A DNA stretch of 34,870 bases from Bacteroidales bacterium (GTDB taxonomy: Bacteria; Bacteroidota; Bacteroidia; Bacteroidales; CAIWKO01), in assembly GCA_035389045.1 (NCBI GenBank), contig DAOORA010000007.1, positions 62,001 to 96,870 of the forward strand. Direction: 5' to 3'. Below, in pieces: positions 17,801 through 26,730 of this stretch. Numbering within the stretch: position 1 is the stretch's first letter; each line of letters begins with the position of its first letter. Both the position numbers and the translations under genes were made by a program. The notes beneath the pieces were generated by a model, which had not been told where the DNA came from, searched no databases, and saw only the letters and a program-made list of their open reading frames with translations.

Positions 17801-20286
17801 TTATTAGGGTTGAAAAAACTGCCGATGGCTACCTGTTCATTATATGTGCCGTTGGTGGCCGTAAATGTTACATAAGTGGCGGCGGGGTCAACACCACAGC
17901 TCATCAGATGCGATACTGCCGCGGAAAAACTAAGATAATCACCGGCAGGGCCGATGGTGTAATCGCCATTTAACAATGATTTCACGCTCAGGGTAACGCT
18001 CTGGCTGAAGTTGGTAAAGCAGCTCCCGTTGGTTATTTTTGTGATTACCAGCGCCTGTCCGTCGTTGGCAACAGTTAAAGAGGCAGTAGCAAAACTGGCA
18101 TTTCCCGATCCATCGGCGGTGATACCCGTAACTTGTGTTTGTGCCACCCCGTTGATAGTATAGTCAATAGCATTTCCTGTGCTGTTAGGCACCATGCCGG
18201 TGAGGTTAATAGTAGCAGAGCCGCTGCCGCAGATTGAAGACGCCTGGCTGGCTCCGCTAAGGGTGGGGTTGGTGCAGGAAGCTGCAACAAATTCATCTGC
18301 GCCGATATCAGGGCCATCGGCTGGTGCGGTTCCCGTCTGCCGGGTATTGCCATCAATGTCAGTAGATATTCCAGCTATAACAACCCCGGAATTGCTGGCG
18401 GCAGAACCTGAACTGCAATGCAGGTCTGTGGCCGAAGTAAACACCGGGTCACCCGAAACGGAATGCGCATCCTTACCGCTGGCCGACTGCCAGGCGGCTA
18501 AATCTGCCCTGTTGGCTGACCAGTAACCAAGATACGTACCTGTAGAGTATAAGTTATTATAATCGCTGGTTCCGACGCCTGAGGTGGTCCGGATATCAAT
18601 AGCCATTCCTATAGTTGAATAAAGAATGTTGTTTTGAATATTGATATTGGAAGATCCGTTCATATAGAAAGCGCTGGCACTGCTAGAGTTGGTGCCGGTA
18701 TTATAAACACTGTTGAAGTAATAGTTTTTGTATGCCGTGGTGCTTCCGGAATTTATTCCGTTGACTGTTCCTGTTCCCCCGACCACTATCATGTTATTTG
18801 AGATATCCCCTATATAGGAAGCTGTGCCGACGCAAGCCTGAAGTTCTATTCCGTCATTGTTGGTGGCGCTGGTATATATAAAACTGTTCTTTGAAATAGA
18901 AAGTGAATTATTTAAATAATACGCATATATTCCCTGGGTACTTGCAGCGTTGTATGATGTGGCATTGGTAAAGGAGTTCCCGGTTATAGTTGTCCCTAAC
19001 AGGTATCTCAGGTACATTCCGTAACGATAGTTTTCAAAGGTTGAGTTCTGGACAGTGAGGTTGGGTTTGAGGTTTGAAGTGCTGGTACTTTCATACCAGA
19101 TGCCGGCAGAGCCGTTGATGAAAGAACATCCGTCGAAGGTGTTGTTTGCATTGCCAGTGTTATTGTCATCGGAATACACCAGGGCCGCTGTATTGCTTAA
19201 AGAGCCGGTCCTTCCTGAAAAAATCATATTGTCGAACCGGTTATACGAAGCATCTCCGGAAATATTCACCACAGTAGCGTATGTATTGGATCCTGTTCTT
19301 TCAATAGTCATATTTTTCCAGATGAAATAATCGGCGCCCGTGATTTGGAGTGTGTAATTATTGGTTGCAGCGGCACTGCTGGCATAGGTCAATATCACAT
19401 CTGCCTGGGTTCCCGTTTCGGACTGGAACGTAATGGTATTCGTCGCACCTGCACCGATGACGGCGCTCAGATTGACCTGTTCATTGTAGGTTCCGGTTCT
19501 TACATTGAAAGTAACAGGGCCATTGATTCCACAACTGTTTAATGCATTAACGGCAGCATTGAAAGTAGCGTAATCGGGTGTTGTACCTCCGATCGTATAG
19601 ATTCCGTTAAGAGGTGCGCAATTCGAACTTGCCGCGGTGAAGTCTGAAAAACCTGTCACTGTCCCGGAGATAAGATTTGTTGCATCATCTACATCATTAA
19701 GTTCTGTCAGGGCAACACCATCATATTTAGCAGTTACCAATGTGCTTTCGGTGCCAGTTATATCGGCATCAACATAAGTGCCGTTAACGGTGCATGAAAA
19801 AGAACTGATCCCGCTGTTTGAGGCGGTCCAATAACGATTGATATAATTTGATGTGGTCACCTGCGGATGTTTTGAATTAACCAATTTAACCCCGATATAG
19901 GAACTCGCTCCAAATGTTCCTGTTGAGAAATTAATGGTTATCGGACTAAATTCCGCAGTAGATGTTAAATCGCCCACATCAAAGGTGAAATTTTTATATG
20001 AAGAATTGTATTGTTTCCTGTACTCTCCGGTTCCTGTGGCAACAACCATTTTTGAAGCAGAGGGTGTAGAAATGGTTTTGGTAGTTGCCGGCAATAAAGT
20101 CAGGTTGGCGCTGCCCAGAACCAGTAATCCGTTTGTAATGGTAAAAGCGTTGTTAACCAATACACTATTGCCAAGGCTTACCTGCCCGCTTGATGTTTTA
20201 TTGATGGTTAGATTATATAAATTACTTGAGTTTCGCATGTTTTTTTTGTCATGCAGTAAGTGACGGGGTGACTGCGCACCAGCCAT
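14812..20286 (-). CDS. Large T9SS-type cargo with two parallel beta-helix modules; apparently 5'-truncated
   Basis: Two YTIG...DY...GTYNEQV to PDIGADEF modules, GWNLVGNPYPS domain, CTD (ISVYNMLGQKV...GCYIIHV...KKIVII); no signal peptide. Confidence 0.8.
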   Translation of the reverse strand: MAGAQSPRHLLHDKKNMRNSSNLYNLTINKTSSGQVSLGNSVLVNNAFTITNGLLVLGSANLTLLPATTKTISTPSASKMVVATGTGEYRKQYNSSYKNFTFDVGDLTSTAEFSPITINFSTGTFGASSYIGVKLVNSKHPQVTTSNYINRYWTASNSGISSFSCTVNGTYVDADITGTESTLVTAKYDGVALTELNDVDDATNLISGTVTGFSDFTAASSNCAPLNGIYTIGGTTPDYATFNAAVNALNSCGINGPVTFNVRTGTYNEQVNLSAVIGAGATNTITFQSETGTQADVILTYASSAAATNNYTLQITGADYFIWKNMTIERTGSNTYATVVNISGDASYNRFDNMIFSGRTGSLSNTAALVYSDDNNTGNANNTFDGCSFINGSAGIWYESTSTSNLKPNLTVQNSTFENYRYGMYLRYLLGTTITGNSFTNATSYNAASTQGIYAYYLNNSLSISKNSFIYTSATNNDGIELQACVGTASYIGDISNNMIVVGGTGTVNGINSGSTTAYKNYYFNSVYNTGTNSSSASAFYMNGSSNINIQNNILYSTIGMAIDIRTTSGVGTSDYNNLYSTGTYLGYWSANRADLAAWQSASGKDAHSVSGDPVFTSATDLHCSSGSAASNSGVVIAGISTDIDGNTRQTGTAPADGPDIGADEFVAASCTNPTLSGASQASSICGSGSATINLTGMVPNSTGNAIDYTINGVAQTQVTGITADGSGNASFATASLTVANDGQALVITKITNGSCFTNFSQSVTLSVKSLLNGDYTIGPAGDYLSFSAAVSHLMSCGVDPAATYVTFTATNGTYNEQVAIGSFFNPNNVTVTFQSNNGNQADVTLSYPSSASSTNNYTLQLNGTDHVVFKDMTIERTGTGIYAIVVKVSGDASNNLFGNVKFSGRTGSTMNDALVSSTDNNTGNTGNVFDDCYFYNGWSGVDWRGASGSPKSNITIQNSTFENYFIGISLHYVQGAIITGNHLTNSTTYDAVSNYGIFGYYANNGLSISKNYFKYNSSAGNYGIALSNCSGSSSYVGDISNNMIIVGSTYAYGIYVANSSYKNFYFNSVYNNGAYAAGYASFYMSSSSSVNVHNNIFYSADLYAINIESSTGGLSTCNYNNLFSTGSNLGNWGGIDCANLAAWQTTSGKDANSVSGNPMFTSGTDLHCTTGSASSNAGIVIAGISSDFDGDTRQTGTAPVDGPDIGADEFSECADLTWTGAIDTDWDTPGNWSCGIVPTNTSDITIPSVSNLPVVNSVGTSVCRSIVIDAGASVTVNSAKNLTVYGHWTNNGQSSVGSGTVIFSGSTAQSINGATTFGNLTINNANGVTLNNPTQVTGVLTPTLGTLASAGNLTLVSNALQTALIAGTGSGNVSGNVTMQRYMPSRLGYHYYSSPFNGASINEFADEIGTIITGNPYIGNDTTQTVTPFPNFFAYDETMGPTMSIGWTGAGSTLQTMRGYCINFGASATPLTTDVTGVVNNGNLSIDLTKTITGNTYADGWNLVGNPYPSPVDWQSGAWTKLNMNNAIYYFDAADQYTGTYSSFVNGIGNPSGTTGIIAAMQGFLVKATGAGSLGATNAVRISDLNPVFHKATQNNPILRLRGYPANNISAADETVIYFDPQASSMFDGNFDAYKMMNNNPAYPNIFTRDSTPVSLSIQALPPLSNTDVIIPLGYITKTNGNFTINASEILNFDPSLHIYLEDNQTSTNQDLTMNPVYTFTMNANAPQYRFFIRFSPSVITGIDQTSNSFMDAWSSGKDIFVNYSNTDIQNAEISVYNMLGQKVISAEQKGIGTTRYTVEEPGCYIIHVVSGNAVHQKKIVII
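16655..19620 (-). repeat. Intragenic duplication of a ~445-aa beta-helix module (about 18290-19620 and 16655-17975)
   Basis: Shared blocks QADV.L.Y.SS...TNNYTLQ, MTIERTG, SGDAS.N, FSGRTGS, IQNSTFEN, GDISNNMI, SGKDA.SVSG.P and TRQTGTAP.DGPDIGADEF. Confidence 0.9.
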
Positions 20287-20525
20287 CTTAGGACTGAGGA
20301 AAAGACGAAAACGCCTGTTTACATCCTTTTTCAGCGGTTCATAATTGCAAACAACGAGCTTGCAAAAACAGTTCGTTGTTAAAAACTACGAACACTGATG
20401 TTCTTACTTGCACATTATGGACAAATGATTTTTTATGATAGGATGACTGTCTGAAGCGCAAGGCCAGCGCTCAGTCATCTTATCACCTGCAATAAAGGAT
20501 GTAAATCATCCAAAACTGATACTGG

Positions 20526-23500
20526 CTAATGTATTAACTTTAATATCAGGCATTTGGATTTATTCACTCCGGTGAATTCGAGTTTAAACGTGTACATGCC
20601 CCGGGCAAGTTCCGCGGAAGCAAATTCAGCGGTATGTTTTCCAAATGCCTGAACTTCATTGACAAGCACACTGACCTGTTCACCTATATTGTTATAAACA
20701 CTGATCTTCACGCTGCCATCTTCCGGTAAGTAATAGTCCACTATGGCATTGTCATTAAACGGGTTTGGATAACCGGCAAATTCAAATTCTGTGTCTGTAT
20801 TACCAGCCTGAACAAATATCCTGGGCATAGTCAGGTATGCCTCGTCGTTCTCCTCGCCGTATTGGTCGCCTATGACACCGGTTCCATTAAGGATGAAACC
20901 AGACTCTCCCGGCTCCATATCCCGGAGTGAGCGGAAGCCTAATCTTAGGATTTCATCGTTGGCGGCAACATCAAAATGGTTTGTTGTTGCAAATACAACC
21001 CGTATCACCCCATGTTCATCTGTGACAAGCAGGTCATCATCGCCGGCAATGATTTCTTCCAGCGTCGGGTTTAGTTTTACTACATCGTTTTTGCCTGCTG
21101 TTCCCGGCATGGAAGCGCCGACCAGTATGTAACTTTCTGCAGGGTAATACAGTTCTAATCCCAACGCCGAAAATGCATTTATCTTAGTGCTGATACGCAA
21201 GGGTACTTCAAAATACCCGGGGCTGCTGTTGATATAATCGTCTGCAACTGCAACAATGTTTTCGGCGGATGATTTAGCCTGGCTCCAGTTTGCCACAGAA
21301 TCGCGGTATTTGGTGCTTGATGCATTATAGTCGCCATAGCATATCGTTTTCAAAATTAAGCTTATATCTGCACCCGCAACTGTTACTAAAGTATCAAACA
21401 CCGGCCAGTTTCCGGAGGGGAAATTCCTGGCCGGATTGGTAGGATTACCAACCTTGGCTTTTAATCTGGCCACATCAATAGAATTAATGGACGTGTTGTT
21501 GTCTACGTTGGCCACTTTTTTATATTTTGAAGAGAAACATCTGGACGGATCTACCAGGGTGTCGCTGCCAACAAAATATTTTACCAGGGCCACATCAATA
21601 GCATTAATGTTATCACCCCATTGCATGGTATCATCCGTATATTTATCATAGGTAAGCAGGTAGCTGCCGTTAGCGACATTACTGAACTGATAATTTCCGA
21701 GGGCATCACTGGTATCTCTTGTCAGTTCTGTTCCTGCCGGATAGTTTTTCAATATCACGATCACCTTATTGATATCATAAATTACAGAATTATAGGTTGG
21801 TAAATTGGGCGCAGGGTTTCCCGCATTAGCCTTTCCGGCATAACGTGTTTTTCCGCTGATCGTATGCCCGGTACCGCAAAGATTTATTACAACGGTTCGG
21901 ATAACCTGAACGGAAGGCCCGTCGCAACCGTTGGCAGTCACCTGAATATCGACTGTTCCATAAAACCCGTTTGCCCAGGTCATCAGGCCTGTGGAAGGAT
22001 TAATACTGCCGGCGGCAGGATTGCTGACCGACCAGTTGTACCCTGTTGCATAAGATGCATTAGTATAATAACCGGTGGTTGTAGTGGAATTGGTCAGCTG
22101 GCAAACCGGTTCCGTTCCTGATGAAACGGTAATAGGCAACGGTGTTCCCACGGGTGGTATAATAGAAACATAAAAGGTTGATGTGGTAAGGGGGCCACAG
22201 GTATTGTTAACGACGCAATAGAAATTTGCCGGATTTTCCAGAACACCGGGAGAATAGGTACTTGATGTGACACCAGTGGAAGTCCCGTTCATATACCACA
22301 GATATGTGTATGATCCTGATCCTCCTGAAGCGCTGCAGGTGAAGATGCCCGGACTGGTTTTGGTGCATATGGATGTGTCTCCATGGGTATGAGCTGTGAG
22401 TGGGGGATGAATTGTTATGGTGTAAGTGGAAACAGGTCCGTTACATCCGTTAGCAGTGGGAGTGACCGAAACAGTTCCGCTTATGGAAGCAGTTCCGGTA
22501 TTGGTTGCCGTGAAAGCAGGTATGTTGCCCGAACCGCTGGCTCCTAAACCAATAGCAGTGTTGCTGTTTGTCCATGTGAATGTGGTGCCGCTCACCGGGC
22601 CTGCAAGTGTGTTGGCAGGCACGGCAGCGCCATGACAAAAACTTTGGTTATTTTCTGAAGTCATGCTTGGTGTCGGGTACACGGTAATGGTATAGATTTC
22701 TGCAGTACCGGTGCATCCGTCTGCCGTCGGCGTAATTGTTACAGTTCCGGTGGCCGAGGAGGCGCCTGTGTTGGTTGCCGTGAAAGCCGGAATGTTTCCG
22801 GAGCCTGCTGCACCCAATCCAATGCTGGTATTATTATTTGTCCAGGCAAAGGTGGTGCCGCTGACTGGTCCGGCTAAGGTATTGACAGGTACCGGGGCGC
22901 CGTTGCAATAAGTCTGATCACTTTCGGAGGTCACTACAGGTGTTGGTTTCACCGTGATGGTCACTTGATCAGTGCCGGTTGTATTTCCATCGTTAACGGT
23001 TACCGTATAGGTAATGGTGGTTGGGCCTGTAGGGGCTGCCGTAACCGGTGTACATAAGGGATTGGCAACCGTGGAGTTGTTTAAATAGGATGAGGGAGTC
23101 CAAATGTAGGTATATGTGCCGCTACCACCGCTGGCTGTGGGGTTGCCGCCAATGGTAATGGTTTGATTGGCGCAGACGGACTGATCATTGCCTGCATCGA
23201 CAATCAGTGGTGAAGCCGTGTCACAGACATTGCTTGTTGTGATGGCAGGTGTAAACACCATCCCGTATTTTGTTGTGGAACTGCCAATGGCGCTTACAAC
23301 AGGGGTGACTGTCGCCGATGGAGGGTTGTAAGTCCTTTGCTCGGGTGTGGCAGGGTATTCGTCGCATCCTGTGGTCCCTGCTGCTGTAGTTTTTATCAGA
23401 AGGAAATCCATAGACAACGATTGACCCCAGCCAGCCATCACAAATCCGCCGTCGGCCGTTTGCTGCCCGTCAGCCATATAATTATGGGCGGGGTTTGTCT

Positions 23501-24569
23501 GACTGAAGATCTCCCCAAAAACGGGGCTTCCCGTACCGTTAGTTTTCATCAGGAACATATCCAGGAAACTAAATCCCCACAGGCTGAATGTAGTTCCCAT
23601 GACTGCCAGCCCCGTGCTGGTTTCAACCACCCTGTGGCCTATATCTTCTGTTGATAAATTATAGGCATAGGTCCACGTTGGAGTGCCTGATGAATTGGTC
23701 TTCATGATGAACAAATCGCTGCCATCAAGGCCTGAAACAGACCTGTCGGTATAGCCCGTTATGACTAAGCTGGTACCATCACCAAGCAGTTTTACATCCT
23801 TGCCTTCCTCCGAATACAAGTCCTCTCCAAAGGTTTTTGTCCAGAGTACATTTCCGTTAAGATCTGTTTTTAAAAGCACGATGTCATTGGTAGTATCGTT
23901 GCCGAAGATCTGAGTGGTATAACCGGTAACCACAAAGCCATCGCTGACGATTTCAACGGAATTGCCCATATCATCATCATTGGAACTGATCCGGATCATT
24001 TTATCCCAGCTTAGAGCGCCGCCTGATGTGACCTTGGCAAGGTAGATGCTGGTAGAGTCATTTTTTGCCGCATCATTTATATATCCTGTAATTATATAAC
24101 TGCCGTCGGTAAGCTGTTTGACCATATTACCTGCGCTGTTGGCTGCATATTGCTTTGTCCAGGCAACGGTGGTGCCGGTTGAATTGACTTTCATAAGGTA
24201 ACATTTGGAATCCAGTTGTCCGCAAATAATATATCCTCCATCGCTGGTTTGCCGGGTGCAAAAGGGCGTCTGAATGGCAAGAGGATTTTCAAACAGTGGT
24301 AAAGGGGGGCTGGTAGTTGAAACTCCATAACTTTTTGCCCACGACACCACTCCGTTTGCATCAGTTTTAATAAGTTCTGCACGGTAGGGCGGAAGTTTAT
24401 TCTGAAATCCCGACATAATATATCCTCCGTCGGATGTCTGTTGAACACTCCACGCAATAGCCATGGATGGTAACCCATACGAATATAGTTTTTGAAATGC
24501 AACCTGTGAGAAGAGATTGCTGATGCCAAAACCTACTGTAATCAATAAGAACAATGTAATTCTTTTCAT
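20526..24569 (-). CDS. T9SS cargo: beta-propeller repeats, PKD/Ig-like domains, dockerin-like + cohesin-like domains, CTD
   Basis: Signal peptide; repeated (Q)QTSDGGY..G / LIKTD..G...W.K.YG; two PKD-like repeats; YPNPF...VYN..GE...G.Y CTD. Confidence 0.88.
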   Translation of the reverse strand: MKRITLFLLITVGFGISNLFSQVAFQKLYSYGLPSMAIAWSVQQTSDGGYIMSGFQNKLPPYRAELIKTDANGVVSWAKSYGVSTTSPPLPLFENPLAIQTPFCTRQTSDGGYIICGQLDSKCYLMKVNSTGTTVAWTKQYAANSAGNMVKQLTDGSYIITGYINDAAKNDSTSIYLAKVTSGGALSWDKMIRISSNDDDMGNSVEIVSDGFVVTGYTTQIFGNDTTNDIVLLKTDLNGNVLWTKTFGEDLYSEEGKDVKLLGDGTSLVITGYTDRSVSGLDGSDLFIMKTNSSGTPTWTYAYNLSTEDIGHRVVETSTGLAVMGTTFSLWGFSFLDMFLMKTNGTGSPVFGEIFSQTNPAHNYMADGQQTADGGFVMAGWGQSLSMDFLLIKTTAAGTTGCDEYPATPEQRTYNPPSATVTPVVSAIGSSTTKYGMVFTPAITTSNVCDTASPLIVDAGNDQSVCANQTITIGGNPTASGGSGTYTYIWTPSSYLNNSTVANPLCTPVTAAPTGPTTITYTVTVNDGNTTGTDQVTITVKPTPVVTSESDQTYCNGAPVPVNTLAGPVSGTTFAWTNNNTSIGLGAAGSGNIPAFTATNTGASSATGTVTITPTADGCTGTAEIYTITVYPTPSMTSENNQSFCHGAAVPANTLAGPVSGTTFTWTNSNTAIGLGASGSGNIPAFTATNTGTASISGTVSVTPTANGCNGPVSTYTITIHPPLTAHTHGDTSICTKTSPGIFTCSASGGSGSYTYLWYMNGTSTGVTSSTYSPGVLENPANFYCVVNNTCGPLTTSTFYVSIIPPVGTPLPITVSSGTEPVCQLTNSTTTTGYYTNASYATGYNWSVSNPAAGSINPSTGLMTWANGFYGTVDIQVTANGCDGPSVQVIRTVVINLCGTGHTISGKTRYAGKANAGNPAPNLPTYNSVIYDINKVIVILKNYPAGTELTRDTSDALGNYQFSNVANGSYLLTYDKYTDDTMQWGDNINAIDVALVKYFVGSDTLVDPSRCFSSKYKKVANVDNNTSINSIDVARLKAKVGNPTNPARNFPSGNWPVFDTLVTVAGADISLILKTICYGDYNASSTKYRDSVANWSQAKSSAENIVAVADDYINSSPGYFEVPLRISTKINAFSALGLELYYPAESYILVGASMPGTAGKNDVVKLNPTLEEIIAGDDDLLVTDEHGVIRVVFATTNHFDVAANDEILRLGFRSLRDMEPGESGFILNGTGVIGDQYGEENDEAYLTMPRIFVQAGNTDTEFEFAGYPNPFNDNAIVDYYLPEDGSVKISVYNNIGEQVSVLVNEVQAFGKHTAEFASAELARGMYTFKLEFTGVNKSKCLILKLIH

Positions 24570-26730
24570 GATGTTTCAGATTTTATTAAAAATACATTTA
24601 TAAAAAACATTCATGGCTGTTAAACCAGAGGTAATAATAACTATAAAGATAAATATTTTTTTTTTACATAATAAAATTTTTAACACAGTCTGATCATTAA
24701 AACATATCGACTAAATAAATATTTATATATTTATATTTGTTTTAAAGCAAATAACAGACAGTTTCTTTCTATGGCTATCGAACTGAAAGCGAAGGTAATT
24801 TTATTTTGTGAAAAACCAGGTCTGTTTTACCGGAATATTTTCAGTACAGCATGTTCAGATTTTTTTGGGCCATCATATTCGAGCTTAAAGCTGTAAATGC
24901 CGGCGGGCAGGTTTGTCCCTGAAAACCCGATAATATGTCTGCCGTTATGCTGTGTCTCATTCACCGGTATGGCAACGATTTCACCCAGGGCATTAAATAC
25001 TTTAATTGTTACATGGCCTTGCTCTGGTATATTGTATGTCAGTTTGACCAACCCGCTGAACGGATTGGGGTATCCGGCGAATTCCAAACCCGCATTTGCA
25101 TTACTTCCCTGAACAAATATCCTGGGCATGATCAGGTATGCGTCTTCGTTTTCTTCGCCGTACTGGTTACCAATAACACCGGTGCCATCAAGGATGAAAC
25201 CTGAGGGTCCCTGCTTCATATTATGGAGAGAGTGAAATCCTAATCTTATGATTTCATCGTTGGCGGCAACATTAAAATGATCTGTTGTGGCAAATACGAC
25301 CCGTATCACTCCGTTTTCATCAGTAACGAGCAGATCATCATCTGCTGCTATGATTTCCTCCATCGTCGGATTGATTTTTACGCTACCGTTTTTGTTCCCG
25401 GTTCCAGGCATGGAAGCGCTGACCAGCATGTAATTATCTGACGGATAATTCAGCTCAAGTCCCAGGGCTGAGAATTCATTGATTTTAGCACTGATACGCA
25501 AGGGTATTTCAAAATACTCCGGGTCGCTGGTGGTAATATAATCGTCGGAAACATCAATAATGTTTATGGGTAGTGATTTCGCCATGCCCCAGTTTATCAA
25601 TGAATCGCGGTATTTGCTGCTTGAGGCATTATAATCGCCATAGCAGATCGTTTTAAGTGTGATATTCAGGTCAGCGCCTGCAACTGTAACAGAAGTATCG
25701 AGCGCCACCCAGTTTCCTTTGGGGAAGTTTTTGGAAACGGCGTAAGGAGCTCCCAGCTTGGCTTTAATTCTTGCTATATCTATGGCATTAATTAATGTGT
25801 TATTATCTACATTGGCAGCTTTTCTATATTTTGGATAGAAATTTCTGGAGGGATCAGATAAGGTATCACTGCCAATATAATATTTTACCAATGCCAGGTC
25901 GATGGCATTTACATCATTACCCCATTGCATGGTATCGGCAGTGTATTTGTCGTAAGATAATATATAATTTCCATCCTGTACATTGGAGAAATGATAAACT
26001 CCAAGGGCGTCACTGGTATCTCTTGCGATTTCTGTTCCGGAAGGACTGTTTTTCAGTATAACGATCACCTGATCAATGTTGTATTTTATGGAGTTGTAGG
26101 TCGGTGGGTTTGGGGCAGGATTACCGTTGCTGGCTTTTCCGGCATAACGAGTTTTGCCGCTGATGGCGTGTCCCGTGCCGCAAGGATTAACAGTGACAGT
26201 GCGTATAATCTGGGGTGAGGGCAATCCGCATCCGTAAGCATATACCTGTATATTTACCGTGCCATAGAATCCGTTTGCCCATGTCATCACACCGGTGGAC
26301 GAATCAATACTGCCTGCTGCAGGGTTGCTGATTGACCAGTGAAATCCTAAATTATTGGATGCGGATGTATTATAGGTTGTCGTAGTGGTGTCGTTGGTCA
26401 GCTGACAAAGAGGTTCTGTGCCGGCAGATACCATAATTGGTGCAGGCGTGCTGACTTCGGGCATCACGACAACATTAAATGCAGGGCTGGACGCCGAGCC
26501 ACAGGATCCGCTGGTGACTACACAATAGAAACCATTGCTGGAAGTCATTATTCCGGGATTGAACGTGCTGTTTGTAGCCCCATTGATTATTCCCATTGAG
26601 GTTCTGTACCATTGATAGGCATATATACTGGTGCCTCCGGACCCTGATGCCGTGAAAATTCCCGGGCTGGTTTTTTCACATATTGGAGATGTGCCACCGC
26701 TGATACCGGCTGTCAGTTCCGGGTACACGA
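20526..26730 (-). repeat. Duplicated ~1.9-kb C-terminal module (about 20526-22400 and 24827-26730)
   Basis: Near-identical blocks such as ISGKTRYAGKA..GNPAPN.PTYNS, YDKYT.DTMQWG, LKTICYGDYNASS.KYRDS, DDDLLVTDE.GVIRVVFATT.HF.VAANDEI and EFAGYPNPF, also visible at DNA level. Confidence 0.92.

Noticed and set aside
20240..20247. A8 tract near the start of the 1824-aa gene as a phase-variation switch
   Set aside because: Slippage would only add MTKK and would not restore a signal peptide.
20294..20326. Hammerhead-like core CTGAGGA...GAAA
   Set aside because: Stem II (AAAGAC) cannot pair and stem I does not close next to the putative cleavage site.
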